Assembly (NCBI GenBank): GCA_963794325.1
Contig: CAWCDG010000004.1
Coordinates: forward strand, 1,344,001-1,408,000
DNA length: 64,000 bases
DNA from: an uncultured delta proteobacterium
GTDB lineage: Bacteria > Desulfobacterota > Binatia > Binatales > Binataceae
Direction: 5' to 3'
This document shows positions 60,313-64,000 of the stretch, in pieces. Position 1 is the stretch's first letter, and every line of letters begins with the position of its first letter. Below the pieces are notes generated by a model. That model saw only the letters and a program-made list of their open reading frames with translations. It searched no databases and was not told where the DNA came from. The position numbers and the translations under genes were made by a program.

Positions 60313-61198
60313 ATGAAATCGGAAATCGAATTGCGCGACCACGTGTTCGTCGGTCCGTTGCGGCGATCGGTTAATAACGCCAGCAGAGTAGTGGGGAGCA
60401 TCCACGACGATGCGACGGCGACCAAGCTCGGGTTTCGTGGCGGCACGGTTGCCGGATCGATCCATCTGGAGTTGTTTCCGCCGCTCATGCTGAAAGCGTT
60501 CGGCAAGCGATGGTTTGAGCGTGGCAACTATCTCGATGTACTTCCTCAACGCGACGACTGACCGCGAGGCGGTGCGCGCGTTCGTCAAAGAGCCGCATCC
60601 CGATGCGACTAACGCGCAGGTCGAGATCTGGATCGAGCGCGATGATGGGATGCGCGTCGCGGAAGGCACTGCTTCGGTCGGAAGTCCCGAGGAGCCGAGC
60701 GCGCTGCTGCGGCGTCCACTCGATCGATTCGACCCTGGTGAGTTGCGGATTCTCGGCGGGTTTAAGGTTGACGATCAGTTCGAAGAGTGCGACGCGTTCC
60801 TGACGAAAGACGCGATGGCCGAGCGGATGAAGGTCATCACCGAGCCGATGGAGTGGTACGCGAAGCCTTCGCCGTGGGGTGGCTCGATCGCAACTCCGGC
60901 CGCGATGGTGCAACTACTCTACTCACAATCGATAGCAACTCTTCGCGGGAAGCTAGGTCAGGCGGTAGGACTGTTCGGCGCGATCGAGCTGCGAAATATC
61001 AACGGTCCGGTCTTCGCCGAACATCCGTATCGCGTAGGCGGGAGTATCGTGGCGCTGGGTCAGAGTCCCAAGACTGAATATATGTGGTTCGAGACGGCGC
61101 TGAATGAGAACGACGGCAAGCGAATCGCCGAGATGAGAATGCTGCTGCGCTTCATGAAGGCGTCGTCACCGAAGTACAACGACGCGCCCGCGAACTGA
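60313..61198 (+). pseudogene. Conserved hypothetical protein split by one frameshift (~60526)
   Basis: WFERG joins TISMYFLNAT if one A is removed from GGCAACT; may be a sequencing error. Confidence 0.65.
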
Positions 61199-61227
61199 TC
61201 GAGGGAAGGGTAAATCGCTTGATTTAA

Positions 61228-61474
61228 TGCGGAACCCGCCATGGGTTCCGCACCTCCTTGGGCAGGGGTGACCCCTGCACCCGGTAATAATCGCAAAATG
61301 GCGAGGACGCCATTTTGCTCTCAGGTTCTTTTGGGGGTGGGCGGCGGGAATTTACCTCGCCCGTTCCTTTACGGGAGAGGCGGCCAGCGGGCGCAGCCGC
61401 CGGTAGGTGAGGGTTCTGGGCCAGATCACAAAACCTGGCCGACTCAGTTTTTGTGTCATTCAGATCTGAATGAC
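61228..61474. repeat. Cluster of palindromes plus a REP-like element (61355-61413)
   Basis: Stems at 61228-61252, 61262-61278, 61293-61318 and a perfect 20-bp palindrome at 61455-61474. Confidence 0.65.
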
Positions 61475-61513
61475 GCGGGGACAGGGAGAGGGGGGAGACA
61501 CGCGTAGGATTTC

Positions 61514-63841
61514 TTAGTCGAGCGGCGGATCGAATGCGCTGATGGGCGGCGGCGCGCCGATAAACTTCTCGACTTCGACTAGGGTGGTCTGGGCGCTTGG
61601 GCCTTGGGCGAGGCGCGAGGTGCCTTTGTCGAGCGTCAGCACGTTCGGGTTGCCGTGTTTGTCGAGACTGGCGATGGTGCCCGGTTCGACTGGGTCGTAC
61701 CACGCGCCGGTTGAGATTTGGATTACGCCGGGGCGAATGTCGTCGGTGAGGACTGCGCCAGCGAGGATCGCGCCGCGATCGTTGAAGACCCGGACGACCT
61801 CGCCGTCGCGAATTGCGCGCGCGGCCGCATCGCCGCGGTTCATTCGCATCGGCTCGCGTCCCGCGACTTTGCTTTTCTGGCTGACGCGCGCCATGTCCAT
61901 CTGGCCGTGCAATCGCGTGCTCGGTTGGGTGGTCAGAAGATGCAACGGGTACTTGCGCGCCGCATCACTGCCCAGCCACTCGGCGGGTTCGAGCCAGGTC
62001 GGATGTCCGGGACAATCGTCGTAGCGGTAGCTCGCAATTTTCTCCGAAAAAATCTCGATTCGGCCTGACGGCGTCGGCAGCGGGTTAGCGTCGGGATTCA
62101 TCCTGAATTCTTCGAAGAGTATGTGCGGCGTCGAGGCTTCGGGAATTTCGAGATAGCCGCGGCTCCAGAACTCGTCGAAGTCGGGCCACTGCGCGACGTG
62201 ACGATTCGCGTGCTCGCGCGCCGCTTCGTATATATGACGCACCCATTGCATCGTGGTGCGGCCTTCGGTGAATGACTCGCGAGTGCCGAAGCGATCGCTG
62301 AGATCGCTGAAAATTGCAAAGTCGTCGCGCGCCTGGCCGACCGGTGCGATCGCCTGTTTCATCCCGATGATGAATCGGTCGCGTGCGCTGGCGCCGACGT
62401 CGTCGCGCTCGAGGGTCGTGGTGGTCGGCAGCACGATGTCGGCATGGCGCGCGGTCGAGGTCCACCACGGATCGTGGACGACGATGGTCGAAGGGCGCCG
62501 CCACGCGCGAATCAGGCGGTTGAGATCCTGATGATGATGAAATGGATTGCCGCCGCACCAATAGACGAAATCGATGTCGGGATAACTGAGGTCCTGCCCG
62601 TTGTACTGGAACGGTTGATTCGGGTTGAGCAACAGGTCGGCGATTCGAGCGACCGGGATGAAGCTGCGAACCGGATTGCGGCCGGCTGACAGCGTCGGGA
62701 CCGGCATTTCCGGCAGCAGACTCGCGAGGCCCTCCATGCTGCCGTAGCCGAAGCCGAAGCCTCCGCCCGGCAGACCGACCTGGCCGAGCACACTGGCGAG
62801 TGCGATCGCCGCCCAGATCGGCTGCTCACCGTGGTCGCCGCGCTGCAGAGACCAATTGACGTTGATGAAGGTCCGCGACGCGGCCATCTTGCGCGCGAGG
62901 GCGCGAATCTTGTCAGCCGGAATTTCGCTCAAATCGGCGGCCCACTCGGCAGACTTCGCGACACCGTCTTCGGCGCCGAGAAGATAGTCGCGGAAGCGAC
63001 TGAAACCGGTGCAGTAGCGCGCAAGGAAATCCGCGTCGTGCAGTCCCTCGACGATGAGAGTGTGCGCGAGCGCGAGCATCAGCGCGGTGTCGCTATGCGG
63101 GCGCGGCGCGATCCATTCAGCGCCGAGGAACGGCGCGGCGTCGTCGCGCATCGGGCTGATGTTGCAAAACTCGACGCCGGCGGCCTTCGCCTGCTCGAGC
63201 CAGCCGCGGGTCGTATGCTCGCCGACACCGCCGGGAGTGACTTGTGTGTTGCGCGTAGGAATCCCGCCGAACATCACGACCAGGTCCGCGTGATCGACGA
63301 TGCTCTTCCAGCTGGTGCCGGGACCGTTCATCGCATGAAGGCTGCCGAGCACGTTCTTCACGAGCACGGCGCCGGCCGCGTTGCTGTAAGTGTCGCGCGC
63401 GCCGGTGAATCCGCCGATGCCGCCGAGGAAGCGTTGCAGTTGCGTGCGCGCATGATGGAAGCGGCCGGCGCTGGCCCATCCGTAGGAGCCCGCGTAGATG
63501 GCCTGATTGCCGCGATCGCGAATCACGCGCTTGAGTTCATCCGCGATCAAATCGAGCGCGCGTTCCCACGTAACCGGGACATAGCGATCCGACCCGCGAC
63601 GATCGCGCGCGCGGCCGGGGCCATGCTCGAGCCATCCTGCGCGCACCGCGGGTTGCGCGATGCGGCTGGAATGGTGCAGCGCGTCGGGAATCGAGGACAG
63701 CAGCGGCGAAGGATCGGGATCGCGAGCGAAGGGGCGCGCTTCGGTGACGCGTCCGTCGAGGATGACTGGCTCGAAGGTGCCCCAATGCGAATGGTTGAGG
63801 GCTGGCGGCGAGCCAGCAATTTTCTCAGACATCCTGCTCAC
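61514..63841 (-). CDS. Molybdopterin S/N-oxide reductase (BisC/TorA family), no Tat signal
   Basis: SHWG, GSYGWASAGRFH, WSLQR..HGEQ, GNPNVLT.D.GTS. Confidence 0.92.
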   Translation of the reverse strand: MSRMSEKIAGSPPALNHSHWGTFEPVILDGRVTEARPFARDPDPSPLLSSIPDALHHSSRIAQPAVRAGWLEHGPGRARDRRGSDRYVPVTWERALDLIADELKRVIRDRGNQAIYAGSYGWASAGRFHHARTQLQRFLGGIGGFTGARDTYSNAAGAVLVKNVLGSLHAMNGPGTSWKSIVDHADLVVMFGGIPTRNTQVTPGGVGEHTTRGWLEQAKAAGVEFCNISPMRDDAAPFLGAEWIAPRPHSDTALMLALAHTLIVEGLHDADFLARYCTGFSRFRDYLLGAEDGVAKSAEWAADLSEIPADKIRALARKMAASRTFINVNWSLQRGDHGEQPIWAAIALASVLGQVGLPGGGFGFGYGSMEGLASLLPEMPVPTLSAGRNPVRSFIPVARIADLLLNPNQPFQYNGQDLSYPDIDFVYWCGGNPFHHHQDLNRLIRAWRRPSTIVVHDPWWTSTARHADIVLPTTTTLERDDVGASARDRFIIGMKQAIAPVGQARDDFAIFSDLSDRFGTRESFTEGRTTMQWVRHIYEAAREHANRHVAQWPDFDEFWSRGYLEIPEASTPHILFEEFRMNPDANPLPTPSGRIEIFSEKIASYRYDDCPGHPTWLEPAEWLGSDAARKYPLHLLTTQPSTRLHGQMDMARVSQKSKVAGREPMRMNRGDAAARAIRDGEVVRVFNDRGAILAGAVLTDDIRPGVIQISTGAWYDPVEPGTIASLDKHGNPNVLTLDKGTSRLAQGPSAQTTLVEVEKFIGAPPPISAFDPPLD

Positions 63842-63850
63842 GCATCGAGA

Positions 63851-64000
63851 CTACGCAATGCCTTCGAACAAGGAGGTGCTCAGGTATCGTTCGCCGGAAT
63901 CCGGCAGGATGACGACGATGGTCTTGCCTTTGTTCTCCGGGCGCTTGGCCATGCGTGCGGCTACGGCGGCTGCGGCTCCGCTCGAGATGCCTGACAGGAT
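63851..64000 (-). CDS. cysK: Cysteine synthase A, 3' end only (runs off the window)
   Basis: [10 protein letters not shown]...[17 protein letters not shown] translated directly from the sequence. Confidence 0.88.
   Translation of the reverse strand: MLSGISSGAAAAVAARMAKRPENKGKTIVVILPDSGERYLSTSLFEGIA

Noticed and set aside
62831-63994. 387-aa plus-strand ORF
   Set aside because: Antisense shadow of the molybdoenzyme and cysK genes

Overview
Bacterial chromosome segment. A soil Binatota (Ca. Binatus)-like origin is only a guess from protein styles such as the SBBP-repeat surface protein. Zone 1 (1-34.3 kb) is an accessory block ending at the 3' end of tRNA-Ser(GGA). It carries a cytoplasmic GAF histidine kinase/FixJ-type two-component system, MscS, a GH63-like glucosidase, a phosphatase-xfp-glgP-ackA-glgX cluster, a yhiI-rbbA-yhhJ-OMF export operon, ppk2, SulP and many secreted DUF proteins. 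About 10 copies of one palindrome, consensus WATCRGAC-N4-GTCCGATW, sit in its promoter regions, suggesting a self-contained regulon. Zone 2 (34.5-39 kb) is core: nitronate monooxygenase, queE, larC, dksA, galU, tRNA-Ala(CGC). Zone 3 (39 to ~49 kb) is a mosaic after tRNA-Ala. A ~200-bp unit (tRNA 3' half plus a ~175-bp element with a 31-bp identical core) occurs twice in direct orientation with no integrase, flanking cargo and decayed genes. The remainder holds OmpA, a GS-hydroquinone reductase, a deaminase, a TetR-controlled flavin oxygenase pair, AlkB, pqqABCDE (pqqA is missed by the ORF track and is C-terminally extended), a CoA transferase, a BisC-like molybdoenzyme and the 3' end of cysK. 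Four genes carry frameshifts, which may be decay or sequencing error.
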